Shown here one piece after another: positions 26,400 to 35,479 of a stretch of DNA of 64,000 bases (the stretch's first letter is position 1; each line of letters starts with the position of its first letter). The notes under the pieces are model-generated. The model searched no databases. It was not told where the DNA came from and saw nothing but the letters and a program-made list of their open reading frames with translations. Both the position numbers and the translations under genes were made by a program. Source of the stretch: a virus; the IMG/VR virus record IMGVR_UViG_3300036770_003386, positions 20,139 through 84,138 of that record; one strand, 5' to 3'.

Positions 26400-28097
26400 C
26401 TACATGTAATCCCACATATATGATCTGTCTCCGTATTCATCTACATTCCAGACTTCCATCGCATGATTACTTTTATCTGTTCCTGCCCAAATCCATTTAT
26501 CCTCACTATTTTTATCAATGATTGGTTCAAAATCATCCAAACCATCAGAAATGAATCCAAATGGAGACATATCTTGCTCTATTTGATTTTTTTGCTCTTC
26601 ATAAATTCTTTTACGAACATCATTATTAGTCATTTCTTTGAAGTAAGGTTGTGCAACTAACCAGGAAAAAATGACAAGACACATTGCCAAGTCATCATTA
26701 CAACCCTCTTCTGCCTCAAATGAATTATGTCTCTGTGCAAATGTTGTAAGTTCTGATATAATATCATAGTCAATTGTTATCAGTTTATCATCTTCCATTA
26801 ATGTTTTGAGATTAGAACATCCCAGTTTTTTAACTGCAGATGTCATTCTTATTCCAAGTTGAGATTTTTTACCACTAAATCCAGTCCCAACAATTTGTCC
26901 AGCACGTCCTCTCATAGAACACATAAGAACGTTATCATATTCTAAGTCGAAATGTAAAATATTAGCAACTTGATCTCCAATATCATTAACTTCAACTAAT
27001 AACCAAGCATTATTATAACCTCTTGCCACTTCATTAATTATACTTGGAAATAACATTGGTTTTATTTCATTATTTCTATACTTTGCAACTACTTTATATG
27101 GAAAATTTGTAATATCGAAAACGACAAACGCAGAATAATCATTACTCATACCGCGAGCAACGTCAACAGTCATTAGATAATTATTATCCTTTTTTGGATG
27201 TTCATAAATGTCCAACCCAGCATTTCTCTTAATTGGATCCTCATAAACTAGATTTCTGAGTTTTGCTGGATTGATAAGGGTATTTGTAGAACCCAAGAAC
27301 TCGCAGTTAAATTCCACATTAAACTGCTGCTCAGAAGTGTTAGCAATCGTCTGCTCCTTCCAGGCAGCGTCTCTACCAGGTACTTCCGACCAATGGACAT
27401 CTGTAGGTACGTATTCATTCTTGCCCCGTTCAGCGTCATGCCACATGCGGTAGAAATGGTTCATACCGCGTGGAGTAGAAACGATAATTACTTTCGTACT
27501 CTGTCCAGAAGAAATAGTAGGATAAACAGAGGCAAAGAAGTCATCAGCAATGTGATTCGGGATGAAAGCGAACTCGTCAAGAAAGATGACATTATAGGAT
27601 CCACCTCGGACAGCAGATGAAGAAGTAGAGTTAGATGAAATTTTGGATCCATTTTCTAATTCTAAACTACCTTTATTCCATGATATAATTCCTTGTTGCA
27701 TCCATTTTGGTAGATTTTCATAAGCAAGTTGCAATCTACCAAGAAGATCTCTAGCAGTAGATGCTTTGTTTGCTAAGATTGCGATGTTAACATTATCGTT
27801 GAAAACTGCATAATGTAAAAGATATGAAACTACTGTAGTACTTTTCCCCGTCTGACGAGGCATCTTACAAATGTTAAAACGATTATTATGAAAATTTTCA
27901 ATCAGTTTTTCTTGAAATGGATACATTTCAAATGGAACAAGACCATGATCGAGAGAAACAATCTTGATATAGTTTCTGGCAAAATATACTGGATCTTCTT
28001 TACATTTTAAAAACTCAATAACTTGCTTTTCTGTAAACTCAATTGGGGTATTTGCTTTTTTGAGCAGAGGATTGCCCAAATAGATATTATCAGACAT
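26400..28097 (-). CDS. gp17: terminase large subunit (T4 gp17)
   Basis: YLGNPLLK, PRQTGKST, IFLDEFAF, VDVARG, DDLAM; no intein. Confidence 0.97.
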   Translation of the reverse strand: MSDNIYLGNPLLKKANTPIEFTEKQVIEFLKCKEDPVYFARNYIKIVSLDHGLVPFEMYPFQEKLIENFHNNRFNICKMPRQTGKSTTVVSYLLHYAVFNDNVNIAILANKASTARDLLGRLQLAYENLPKWMQQGIISWNKGSLELENGSKISSNSTSSSAVRGGSYNVIFLDEFAFIPNHIADDFFASVYPTISSGQSTKVIIVSTPRGMNHFYRMWHDAERGKNEYVPTDVHWSEVPGRDAAWKEQTIANTSEQQFNVEFNCEFLGSTNTLINPAKLRNLVYEDPIKRNAGLDIYEHPKKDNNYLMTVDVARGMSNDYSAFVVFDITNFPYKVVAKYRNNEIKPMLFPSIINEVARGYNNAWLLVEVNDIGDQVANILHFDLEYDNVLMCSMRGRAGQIVGTGFSGKKSQLGIRMTSAVKKLGCSNLKTLMEDDKLITIDYDIISELTTFAQRHNSFEAEEGCNDDLAMCLVIFSWLVAQPYFKEMTNNDVRKRIYEEQKNQIEQDMSPFGFISDGLDDFEPIIDKNSEDKWIWAGTDKSNHAMEVWNVDEYGDRSYMWDYM

Positions 28098-28108
28098 AAT
28101 ATATCTCC

Positions 28109-29419
28109 TTATGTTAAATCATAAAAACTAATAGAACCGATACAATCCGCAGAACCACTGACTGCTCTGACTGCTAGAGTTAAAATATCACTCACCTTTG
28201 CTTGAGTTCTTCCAAGTTGCAAGTCCCAGTTATAGTTACTCTCAATATTTAAAGGAGTATCTGATTTATTTGCAGAAGAAACAAAGTCATTCAATATAAA
28301 ACTTCCACCAGTCATTGTGGTTGCATCAGTATTGAATTGTGCATTTGGGGTATTTACTGCAGTCCAAGTTAAAGTTCCTACATTGGATAGAGTTGCATTT
28401 CTTATCAAAGCAACCTCTAAAACTGCAGTAGATGCAGAACTTCCCAAAAATGCAAAAGATTTTGGAAGGATGATTGAATCTTCTCTTCCTGGAGTGAGAC
28501 GAATACTTAATAAAGGAACAAAAGAAGTTCCCGAAACCGAAACTGTGGTTGTTCTTCTAGCAATATCTCTTTTTACTAATCTCTCATAACCACCATTTGA
28601 TTGAACAGATACACAAATCTGTTTCATAGTAGAAGCAGATGTTGTAATTCCTGTGTTTAGAATTTCATATCTAACTGGAAGTGTCGCAGTAGTCATATAA
28701 GTGGAATCAATACGATTTGCGTGATTAAATTGATGAACTGGAATAAATTTTCCATCAATTGCAAATCCTACTCTAACTGAACCTACACCCAACCATTCAT
28801 ATTCAGTAAAAAGAATTTGTGCTTTAGATATATCTAACTCAATACCACTTGGATTACTTGTGCTAAATCCAGTTCCATCAAGAGTATCCAAATTCCACTC
28901 CGATTGCGGAACTGTGATAGTGGTTCCTACTCCAGAAGTTGCAGTCCTCTTAATAATGTTGAGTTGGGAACCATTTAGTTCAAGCATTACACCATTCTCT
29001 GATGATGCATATCCTGCTCTTTGAACTAGATTTTCCTTTGCAGGATTGAATACAAATGTTTGAAGAACTTGTAAGGATTTTCCTGGTTGATATGAGAATA
29101 CTCTTTTGCTTTCACGAATGTAAGAACATCCTGCAGTAGTTCCAATACCTAATGTTGCGGTACTTTGTGCGGTGATGATTCCTACAGTAGAACCAGATCC
29201 AATGACGACATCACTGAAATCACCATCCTGCGAATATCTGTGAGACGAATCAAAAAGTGTAAAAGGTTGTGATACTTTTAATCTTCCAAAAAGATCCCCA
29301 CTAAATCCTTGCCCTAGGTCATCATAAATATTTCCGTACCTATCAGCACGCATATAAACTTCAAAAAGACTTCTTTCTTGATTTAGATAGTCTTGTGTAT
29401 TCTTATTCCATTGTGCCAT
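28109..29419 (-). CDS. hypothetical beta-rich (probably virion) protein
   Basis: 436 aa between gp16 and gp17; DLFGRLKVSQPFTLFDS. Confidence 0.7.
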   Translation of the reverse strand: MAQWNKNTQDYLNQERSLFEVYMRADRYGNIYDDLGQGFSGDLFGRLKVSQPFTLFDSSHRYSQDGDFSDVVIGSGSTVGIITAQSTATLGIGTTAGCSYIRESKRVFSYQPGKSLQVLQTFVFNPAKENLVQRAGYASSENGVMLELNGSQLNIIKRTATSGVGTTITVPQSEWNLDTLDGTGFSTSNPSGIELDISKAQILFTEYEWLGVGSVRVGFAIDGKFIPVHQFNHANRIDSTYMTTATLPVRYEILNTGITTSASTMKQICVSVQSNGGYERLVKRDIARRTTTVSVSGTSFVPLLSIRLTPGREDSIILPKSFAFLGSSASTAVLEVALIRNATLSNVGTLTWTAVNTPNAQFNTDATTMTGGSFILNDFVSSANKSDTPLNIESNYNWDLQLGRTQAKVSDILTLAVRAVSGSADCIGSISFYDLT

Positions 29420-29421
29420 TA

Positions 29422-29730
29422 TTAATCAGTCCAAGTTAATCTTTCTGGTTGATATCTTTGTGCGCTTTTAATCCTAGAAGTATTTACCTCACCAGGATAA
29501 ATGTTATGAACAATTGCACCAGGATATTCTCCTTGAATTTGCTCTGCAAGTTCATTTCTGGTGAGCATTTTTCCTTCTACTTCTAAACGATACATTTTTC
29601 CTTCCCAGACAACATCAGCAAAAAAAGACTCGCTTGCTTGCTCTGGTTGCGAAGACCCTATATTTAAAGTCCCATTGAAATCTCCATTAATGGTGATGCT
29701 TTCTGATAAAAACTGTTGAAAACTTTTCAT
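29422..29730 (-). CDS. protein with capsid-targeting-like N-terminus
   Basis: ATG at 29730 (TAATG overlap with upstream stop) gives MKSFQQFLSE. Confidence 0.6.
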   Translation of the reverse strand: MKSFQQFLSESITINGDFNGTLNIGSSQPEQASESFFADVVWEGKMYRLEVEGKMLTRNELAEQIQGEYPGAIVHNIYPGEVNTSRIKSAQRYQPERLTWTD

Positions 29731-31244
29731 TAGTTGCACCTCCAACGGCGTAATGCTTTGTTAATTCTTGAATCTGGATCTCTTGCAGTTTTTGCAGAAG
29801 TCAGTTTTGATTTCATCCCAGACATACGACGACAAAATGAAGCACGACGCTTTGCTCTCTTACCTTTTGGTTTCTTCTCAGTTACTGCAGTTTGAAGTTT
29901 TGAACCTGGATTTTCACGACGATAAGCATTTACTGCTGCTTGACTTAAACCATCGGTTTTATCTTTACGATTTACTTTTTGCCAATCTTCGGATAATCCA
30001 AAATCTTCTCTCCAATTAGAAAATTCTTCTTTTTTTACACAGTTTGGATATCTTTTTCCAAACATTGTCTTCATACCTTTTTTCTTATATCCAGGCCAAC
30101 ACTTTTCATCAAGTTGATTACCTTCTGGTTGATAATGTGCTTGCTGAAGTTTGGGGAGTTTTGGTTCTTTATCACCATGTTTTTTGGGAGATTTACCTTC
30201 AGGATAAGAAATAACCGCTCCTCCAAGACCAGAACCAGATTTTATTTTTACAGATCCACCAACTTGTTGCTCATCAATTCTTTGCAATTTTCCTGCTTGT
30301 TTAAGAGCAATTATTCTTTGAGTTGGAGTCATTTTTCCCTTTCTTTTCATAATTTTTTGTACTGCAATATCGAAAGGTTTTTTATCGGACATAGAATCTG
30401 TGTCAGCAACTTGCTCACTCATTTCACCACTGTCAACATAATCTGCTGCAGAATCAAGATAATCTGCCGCTTTAGTAATTTTTGATTGAACCCATGCTTC
30501 AATATTTCCTTCACCTTTCATTTTTTTACGAAGTCTTCTTGCTGCAGAAATGATGGTAGAAATTTCAGATCTTGCCATTGAATACTCATGATCTTTTGAT
30601 TCTGGCATAGTTCCTGGATGTGGAGTGTTAGGTGTATAATCTTTCAGTTTAATTGGCATTGAAAACATGTCCCAATATTTTGAACCATACTTACATTCAT
30701 TTCTAGTTTCTTCTTTTTTACATTTTGGACAATACCTAATCATTTCTACAGATTCTCCCCAATTTGAAGCACCAACTTTACGACACTTAACTAATGCTCC
30801 AGATGCATAAGCACTTGGCCAAACACTATATCTCGACTTAACCTTGTGGTAACAAGCATCTTTTGTTCCGCTACCTTTTCCAGGTTTGTCTTTTCTTGCT
30901 TCGGTAAGTTCCATTGATTCTTTAATTCCTGGTTCTGCCTTAATATAATTAGGATCTTTTTTTCCTTTAGCGAAAGTTTTAACCATTGTTGGTTTTGCTG
31001 CTCCAGACTTTAACTGTTGATTTTTATCTTTTTGTCTTTTACGGCGAACAGAAGATCTAATTAAAGATTCACCCTTTTTACCCTTTTTCTTTAATGATTT
31101 AAGTCTTCCACTACTAAAACACTTTGGTGTCTTAGTTTCACCAGGTTCATTTGCACATGGGGAACCGTCTGCCTGAACCCATCCAGGCTTTCCATCCTTT
31201 GATTTAGAACCTTTAAACCAATGATGAAGAGTTCCCTCGTTCAT
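29730..31244 (-). CDS. modular basic polyprotein-like protein, putative head cargo
   Basis: 504 aa of short K/R-rich modules separated by (L/I/M)xE junctions; TCTAAATA upstream. Confidence 0.6.
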   Translation of the reverse strand: MNEGTLHHWFKGSKSKDGKPGWVQADGSPCANEPGETKTPKCFSSGRLKSLKKKGKKGESLIRSSVRRKRQKDKNQQLKSGAAKPTMVKTFAKGKKDPNYIKAEPGIKESMELTEARKDKPGKGSGTKDACYHKVKSRYSVWPSAYASGALVKCRKVGASNWGESVEMIRYCPKCKKEETRNECKYGSKYWDMFSMPIKLKDYTPNTPHPGTMPESKDHEYSMARSEISTIISAARRLRKKMKGEGNIEAWVQSKITKAADYLDSAADYVDSGEMSEQVADTDSMSDKKPFDIAVQKIMKRKGKMTPTQRIIALKQAGKLQRIDEQQVGGSVKIKSGSGLGGAVISYPEGKSPKKHGDKEPKLPKLQQAHYQPEGNQLDEKCWPGYKKKGMKTMFGKRYPNCVKKEEFSNWREDFGLSEDWQKVNRKDKTDGLSQAAVNAYRRENPGSKLQTAVTEKKPKGKRAKRRASFCRRMSGMKSKLTSAKTARDPDSRINKALRRWRCN

Positions 31245-31258
31245 TCTATATTAAAATA

Positions 31259-31708
31259 TTATTCTTTATTATTTAGAAAACCTTGCTTTAACAATTTTGA
31301 TAGTTCAGAAGTAGACCCTACAAATACTGCATTGTTTGTAACATTATTTGTTGTTTTTATTGATTCTTCTTCAATATCCTTTAATTTCTTTTGCAAGTCT
31401 ATCAGTTTATCTGTAACATCACCAACACTTTTAATTAATTGTCCAGCAACTTCATATGCTCTTGGTTGATCACTTTCTGAAGCAAGTTCCATAATTCCAT
31501 CAATTGCTTCTTGCCCCTTTTCAATTAAAGAATAAAGATTTGCTCTTGTATATTCATAATCTCTTTTTATATCAACAGAAGATGACGAAAATTCTTTCAC
31601 TTCATTGTTAACTACAATTGCATCAGAATTATTACATACTTGAATTTCGCTAGATGTATTTAATACATCATCTAATTTATCAAAATTTTTAGGTTTCATA
31701 ATAATCAA
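31259..31708 (-). CDS. gp16: terminase small subunit (T4 gp16)
   Basis: DYEYTRANLYSLIEKG, PRAYEVAGQLIK, NNAVFVGSTSELSKLLK. Confidence 0.92.
   Translation of the reverse strand: MIIMKPKNFDKLDDVLNTSSEIQVCNNSDAIVVNNEVKEFSSSSVDIKRDYEYTRANLYSLIEKGQEAIDGIMELASESDQPRAYEVAGQLIKSVGDVTDKLIDLQKKLKDIEEESIKTTNNVTNNAVFVGSTSELSKLLKQGFLNNKE
31270..31277 (-). promoter_or_regulatory. late promoter variant TCTAAATA
   Basis: Inside gp16 3' end, 25 nt upstream of ATG at 31244. Confidence 0.45.
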
Positions 31709-32502
31709 AGATCCGTTTGTTGAACTGGACTATAAACTTTAGCGTCTCCAAAGAACTCCCAATTTTCATTGAATCCAAAATCATCATCAGGATCTGCATT
31801 AATTGGATCTGGTGTAACTGTATATCTCATTTCCCTTTTCGCAGTCTGAGTATCAGTAGATGAATACATATCCACTTGTACTTTACGAATGAGACCATCA
31901 GTGCTATCAGATATTGGACCGAAGAGATAAGTTTTTGCAGTAAATTGTAAAGTGTATAAAAGAATTCTTCTGGTAGAAAAATCACCTTCATAATCATCTC
32001 TAAAAGAAATATCATCCAAAACTATTGGTATATCTTTCTTTTCTCCAATAGTATCAATCATATCTACCGTTACTGTAAACGCTGGTTGAAAAAATGGCAA
32101 AATTTGTTCGATAATTTGAAGTACATCATCATTTAATTTTGCCATTATGTTCAGTTCAAATCCTATATTATAAGGAACTGGCATAAAAACTTTTTTTATA
32201 TTATTTCCATCAGAAGCTTTGAATGACTGTGAAATACCAGATTTTCTTGAGGCATCATATTTTATAGAGTTCATTTCAAAAGACATTCTAGGTAAAGTTA
32301 TTGCAACTGGTTTATTTAAATCTGCCTGTTGCTCTAAACGTGCCAAAAATTTTTGAGTCGGACCATATGCTAAAGGAACTCTAATATCACTATAATCATT
32401 TCCATCACCATCTTTATGTTGTATGGTTATGTTATTAAATAGATTACCAAAAGAAATAATTGTTTTTCTAATATTCTGGTGATAAAAATATGTTCCTAGC
32501 AT
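31705..32502 (-). CDS. gp15: tail terminator/sheath stabiliser (T4 gp15)
   Basis: YFYHQNIRKTIISFGNLF, VPLAYGP, LPRMSFE, PVPYNIGFEL. Confidence 0.93.
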   Translation of the reverse strand: MLGTYFYHQNIRKTIISFGNLFNNITIQHKDGDGNDYSDIRVPLAYGPTQKFLARLEQQADLNKPVAITLPRMSFEMNSIKYDASRKSGISQSFKASDGNNIKKVFMPVPYNIGFELNIMAKLNDDVLQIIEQILPFFQPAFTVTVDMIDTIGEKKDIPIVLDDISFRDDYEGDFSTRRILLYTLQFTAKTYLFGPISDSTDGLIRKVQVDMYSSTDTQTAKREMRYTVTPDPINADPDDDFGFNENWEFFGDAKVYSPVQQTDL

Positions 32503-33899
32503 TAATAATTACCGAATAAATTGGATTCTGAAAAATCAACAATAGAATCTGACTCTTGTTGAATTTCATCGTTTTGTTCATATTTATCATATAAATCAGA
32601 TACTTGGTACTTTTGAAGTGGATATCTTGCTGAAGATATTGATCCAACTATGATTTCACCTGGTATAAAGTCACCACTTACTGTACCGACCTTTAAAGTG
32701 TTAGTAGTACTGTCCCAAGTTTTTACTCTACTCTTGGCACCAGATGTTTCCCCAGTAACTACTTCATTAAATATATAAGTATTTATTCCTACAAGTAGTG
32801 GTGGATTTGCTATTGATATTGTTGGATTTGATGTATAACCAATTCCAGCATCAGAAATTAATATTCTACTAATTTGACCATCAGCATTTACAATAGTTCT
32901 TGCCGCTGCAGTGATTGCAGCACCAACAGTTGGCGCAGAAAATCCTATTGATGGAGAAGTAACGTATCCAGATCCATTATCAGTTATTGTTATACTCCCA
33001 ATTCCAGAATATGTTTTTTCAATAACTGCTCTTGCAGTTGCTCCAATACCAGTAGATCCTGAGATTATTACTGTAGGTTCTACAGTATATCCTACACCAG
33101 GATTTACTAGTAAAATTTCTTTTACGGAACAGAAATTTCCTATACAAGAAGTAATTGCAACTGCCTCTGCATTTACACCGCCTGAAGGAGCCGTACTAAT
33201 TGATACTGTGGGTGTTGTAGTATAATTATATCCATCGTTAATCAAATTTATTTTTCTAACATATCCAGTTACGATAGAAGTTTCTGCGGTTGCTTGTGTT
33301 CCAGAAGGAAATAATTTAAGAGTTGTGATATATCCTTGATTTTCTAAAGTTCTATCAATTTCTTCAACAGTTGTATTTACATTATCCCATCCACCAATAT
33401 TATCAGAGTATTCGAACAGTTCACATTTCAATTCATAAACATAAGTTTTTCCTAACTGATAAAATGGTTGTTCGTGCTCAACAAACTTTATTTCAAATAA
33501 TCTTTTACCTAATGGAAAATAAATTAAATCGCCTTCTCTTGGTCTAGTAGATACTATTATTTCATCTGGATCCATATCAGTTAAGAATGGTGCAATAAAA
33601 TCCTCAAATCTTTCTTTAGATATAATTAATGTTAATTCATCCTTCAAATTCATTCCAAATTTTGATAAAATATCTCCAGATCCAGTATACCCATCAAAAT
33701 TACTTACGTAGGCTTCTATTGAAAAGTTATCATCAAATTTTGATGCACTAACTTCTCTTATTATTGTTTCCTTTCTAATAAATTTTTGGGGTAAATATGA
33801 TACTTCTACACCAAAAATCTTAAGTTGTTCATTGATCAACTGTTGAATTAAATCTTGTTCAGAATCTGAACCTTGAAGAAAAAATGGATTTAATGCCAT
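32502..33899 (-). CDS. gp14: neck protein (T4 gp14) with inserted GxGYxxxP repeat region
   Basis: MALNPFF, PREGDLIYFP, FEIKFVEHEQPFYQLGK, CELFEYS. Confidence 0.92.
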   Translation of the reverse strand: MALNPFFLQGSDSEQDLIQQLINEQLKIFGVEVSYLPQKFIRKETIIREVSASKFDDNFSIEAYVSNFDGYTGSGDILSKFGMNLKDELTLIISKERFEDFIAPFLTDMDPDEIIVSTRPREGDLIYFPLGKRLFEIKFVEHEQPFYQLGKTYVYELKCELFEYSDNIGGWDNVNTTVEEIDRTLENQGYITTLKLFPSGTQATAETSIVTGYVRKINLINDGYNYTTTPTVSISTAPSGGVNAEAVAITSCIGNFCSVKEILLVNPGVGYTVEPTVIISGSTGIGATARAVIEKTYSGIGSITITDNGSGYVTSPSIGFSAPTVGAAITAAARTIVNADGQISRILISDAGIGYTSNPTISIANPPLLVGINTYIFNEVVTGETSGAKSRVKTWDSTTNTLKVGTVSGDFIPGEIIVGSISSARYPLQKYQVSDLYDKYEQNDEIQQESDSIVDFSESNLFGNY

Positions 33900-33901
33900 A
33901 A

Positions 33902-34729
33902 TTATCCTATGAAATCATATGGGGGAAGTTCGTATTCGGAGGCCATTCTTTGCTTTAAATCATCCAATTCTCTTTGTCCATCATCATATAGTTCTCTTCC
34001 ATTCAATTCAATACCACCAGGTAATTTAACACCTCTAAACTTAATTAAATTTTGTCCCCACTGTCTTTTTATTAAAGATGTTAAGTATTGTTTTAAGAAA
34101 CTATCATTATATACTTTAGTAAAATCATTGGGATTTAAAATTCTATAACAATCAATAACTATAAAATTGCCAGCAGATTGTGCTCCCCAATCAATATCTA
34201 AATACATTCTATTTTGTCTTTTATTAAATCTTATTTGCTTATCTGTTGTCAATAAAAAATCTATATCCTCAAGATATGATTTAACCATTGCATATTGTAA
34301 TAGTTCAACTGAATTAAAATAATATAAGTCGTTTAAAAACAATTGATATTTTATACTAAACATACCACCAGATATCGAACTGGTATCAAATTTAAATACT
34401 TTTTCTATTCCAATTACAGAATCTGGTACTTGAATATAATTAGAGGTCTCGTAAAAATTAAAAGCACCAATACTTGATGTTCCAGTAGTAGTTGTTATTC
34501 CAGTGCCATTAGTTTCTTTTGCTCTACCTCTATCAATATCTTCTTGTGTTATTTGATATTTTAAGTACATTCTCTCAACACCATCAAAATGGCGCTCATT
34601 AAAATACTGAAGAGCATCATCAACTAAATCATCAATTTGATCATCATCTACGTTAATTTCCAATACTGGTGCTCCAAGTCTTCTGAGACAATAATCAATT
34701 AATTCTTGTCTTGTTGATGGTTTTGCCAT
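33902..34729 (-). CDS. gp13: neck protein (T4 gp13)
   Basis: YCLRRLGAPVLEINV, KRQWGQNLIKF, LPGGIELNG. Confidence 0.95.
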   Translation of the reverse strand: MAKPSTRQELIDYCLRRLGAPVLEINVDDDQIDDLVDDALQYFNERHFDGVERMYLKYQITQEDIDRGRAKETNGTGITTTTGTSSIGAFNFYETSNYIQVPDSVIGIEKVFKFDTSSISGGMFSIKYQLFLNDLYYFNSVELLQYAMVKSYLEDIDFLLTTDKQIRFNKRQNRMYLDIDWGAQSAGNFIVIDCYRILNPNDFTKVYNDSFLKQYLTSLIKRQWGQNLIKFRGVKLPGGIELNGRELYDDGQRELDDLKQRMASEYELPPYDFIG

Positions 34730-34733
34730 AGCA

Positions 34734-35084
34734 TTAACTATCTCTTGTTATACTTTTTGAAACTAACGCAGAACCCTCTATAACTTTTGTTTTTTCACCA
34801 GTTCCATTATTTGTTATTATAATATCATACATATATCTTCCAGATTTTAAACTGGTAGTAGAAGATGGTTCTAATTCAATTTTTATAACTCCTGTAGAAG
34901 GCGGAGAAACTGCAGTAGCAATGAAATTAACGTATGAGTTACTTTGTGGGTGCTTTCTTAATTGAGATTTAATATCATAATTTGTAAGATTAAGTGCAGA
35001 CCCATTTTCATTAGCTAAAGTAAAAGTCTGGGTAAAAGAAGTCCCACTATTGATGCTTAAATTAACTACATATGGTGATGCCAT
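34734..35084 (-). CDS. virion structural protein, BppU-N-like beta-sandwich suspected
   Basis: 116 aa; GVIKIEL...SLKSGRYMYDI...VIEG pattern. Confidence 0.55.
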   Translation of the reverse strand: MASPYVVNLSINSGTSFTQTFTLANENGSALNLTNYDIKSQLRKHPQSNSYVNFIATAVSPPSTGVIKIELEPSSTTSLKSGRYMYDIIITNNGTGEKTKVIEGSALVSKSITRDS

Positions 35085-35110
35085 CTACCATCAAAAATAC
35101 GCCTATGGAC

Positions 35111-35118
35111 TATTTATG
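35111..35118 (-). promoter_or_regulatory. late promoter variant CATAAATA
   Basis: Upstream of 35084 ATG. Confidence 0.5.
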
Positions 35119-35283
35119 TTAATTAAATAATGATATTACTTCTTGCTGTTTTAAATATAATTTAAAATACAATTTAGAAAAAGTCCTTAGTTCATCAGCA
35201 CTTAATTCGTCAATTACTCTACAATGTTTTTCGTATTCGAATAATTTGTTAATATCACTAAGTTCAATGTCTTCTGGTTTCAT
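35119..35283 (-). CDS. NblA-like phycobilisome degradation adaptor (54 aa; not in ORF track)
   Basis: MKPEDIELSDINKLFEYEKHCRVIDELSADELRTFSKLYFKLYLKQQEVISLFN; GGGAG SD; two-helix pattern like NblA. Confidence 0.55.
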   Translation of the reverse strand: MKPEDIELSDINKLFEYEKHCRVIDELSADELRTFSKLYFKLYLKQQEVISLFN

Positions 35284-35479
35284 TTAATAACTCCCGTAAT
35301 AGAGATTTAATTTCTTGAACTTCACCTTTTAGATTTTGAATTTCTTTTTTTGTATTCATTCTATTTGAAACACTATTTAAATAATGTTCATATGCTACAT
35401 TATCACAATTCACTATGGCACCCGTTTTTTCATCTCTAAAAAGATTAGGGTGCCCTTCAACTGATATTAAATGATCCAT
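35264..35479 (-). CDS. small conserved phage protein
   Basis: 71 aa; VEGHPNLFRDEKTGAIVN plus coiled-coil C-terminus. Confidence 0.7.
   Translation of the reverse strand: MDHLISVEGHPNLFRDEKTGAIVNCDNVAYEHYLNSVSNRMNTKKEIQNLKGEVQEIKSLLRELLNETRRH

Noticed and set aside
26400-28097. Intein or intron in terminase (also checked uvsW, gp46, gp20, gp23)
   Set aside because: Lengths are normal, motifs are contiguous and no intein splice-junction residues or LAGLIDADG block were seen
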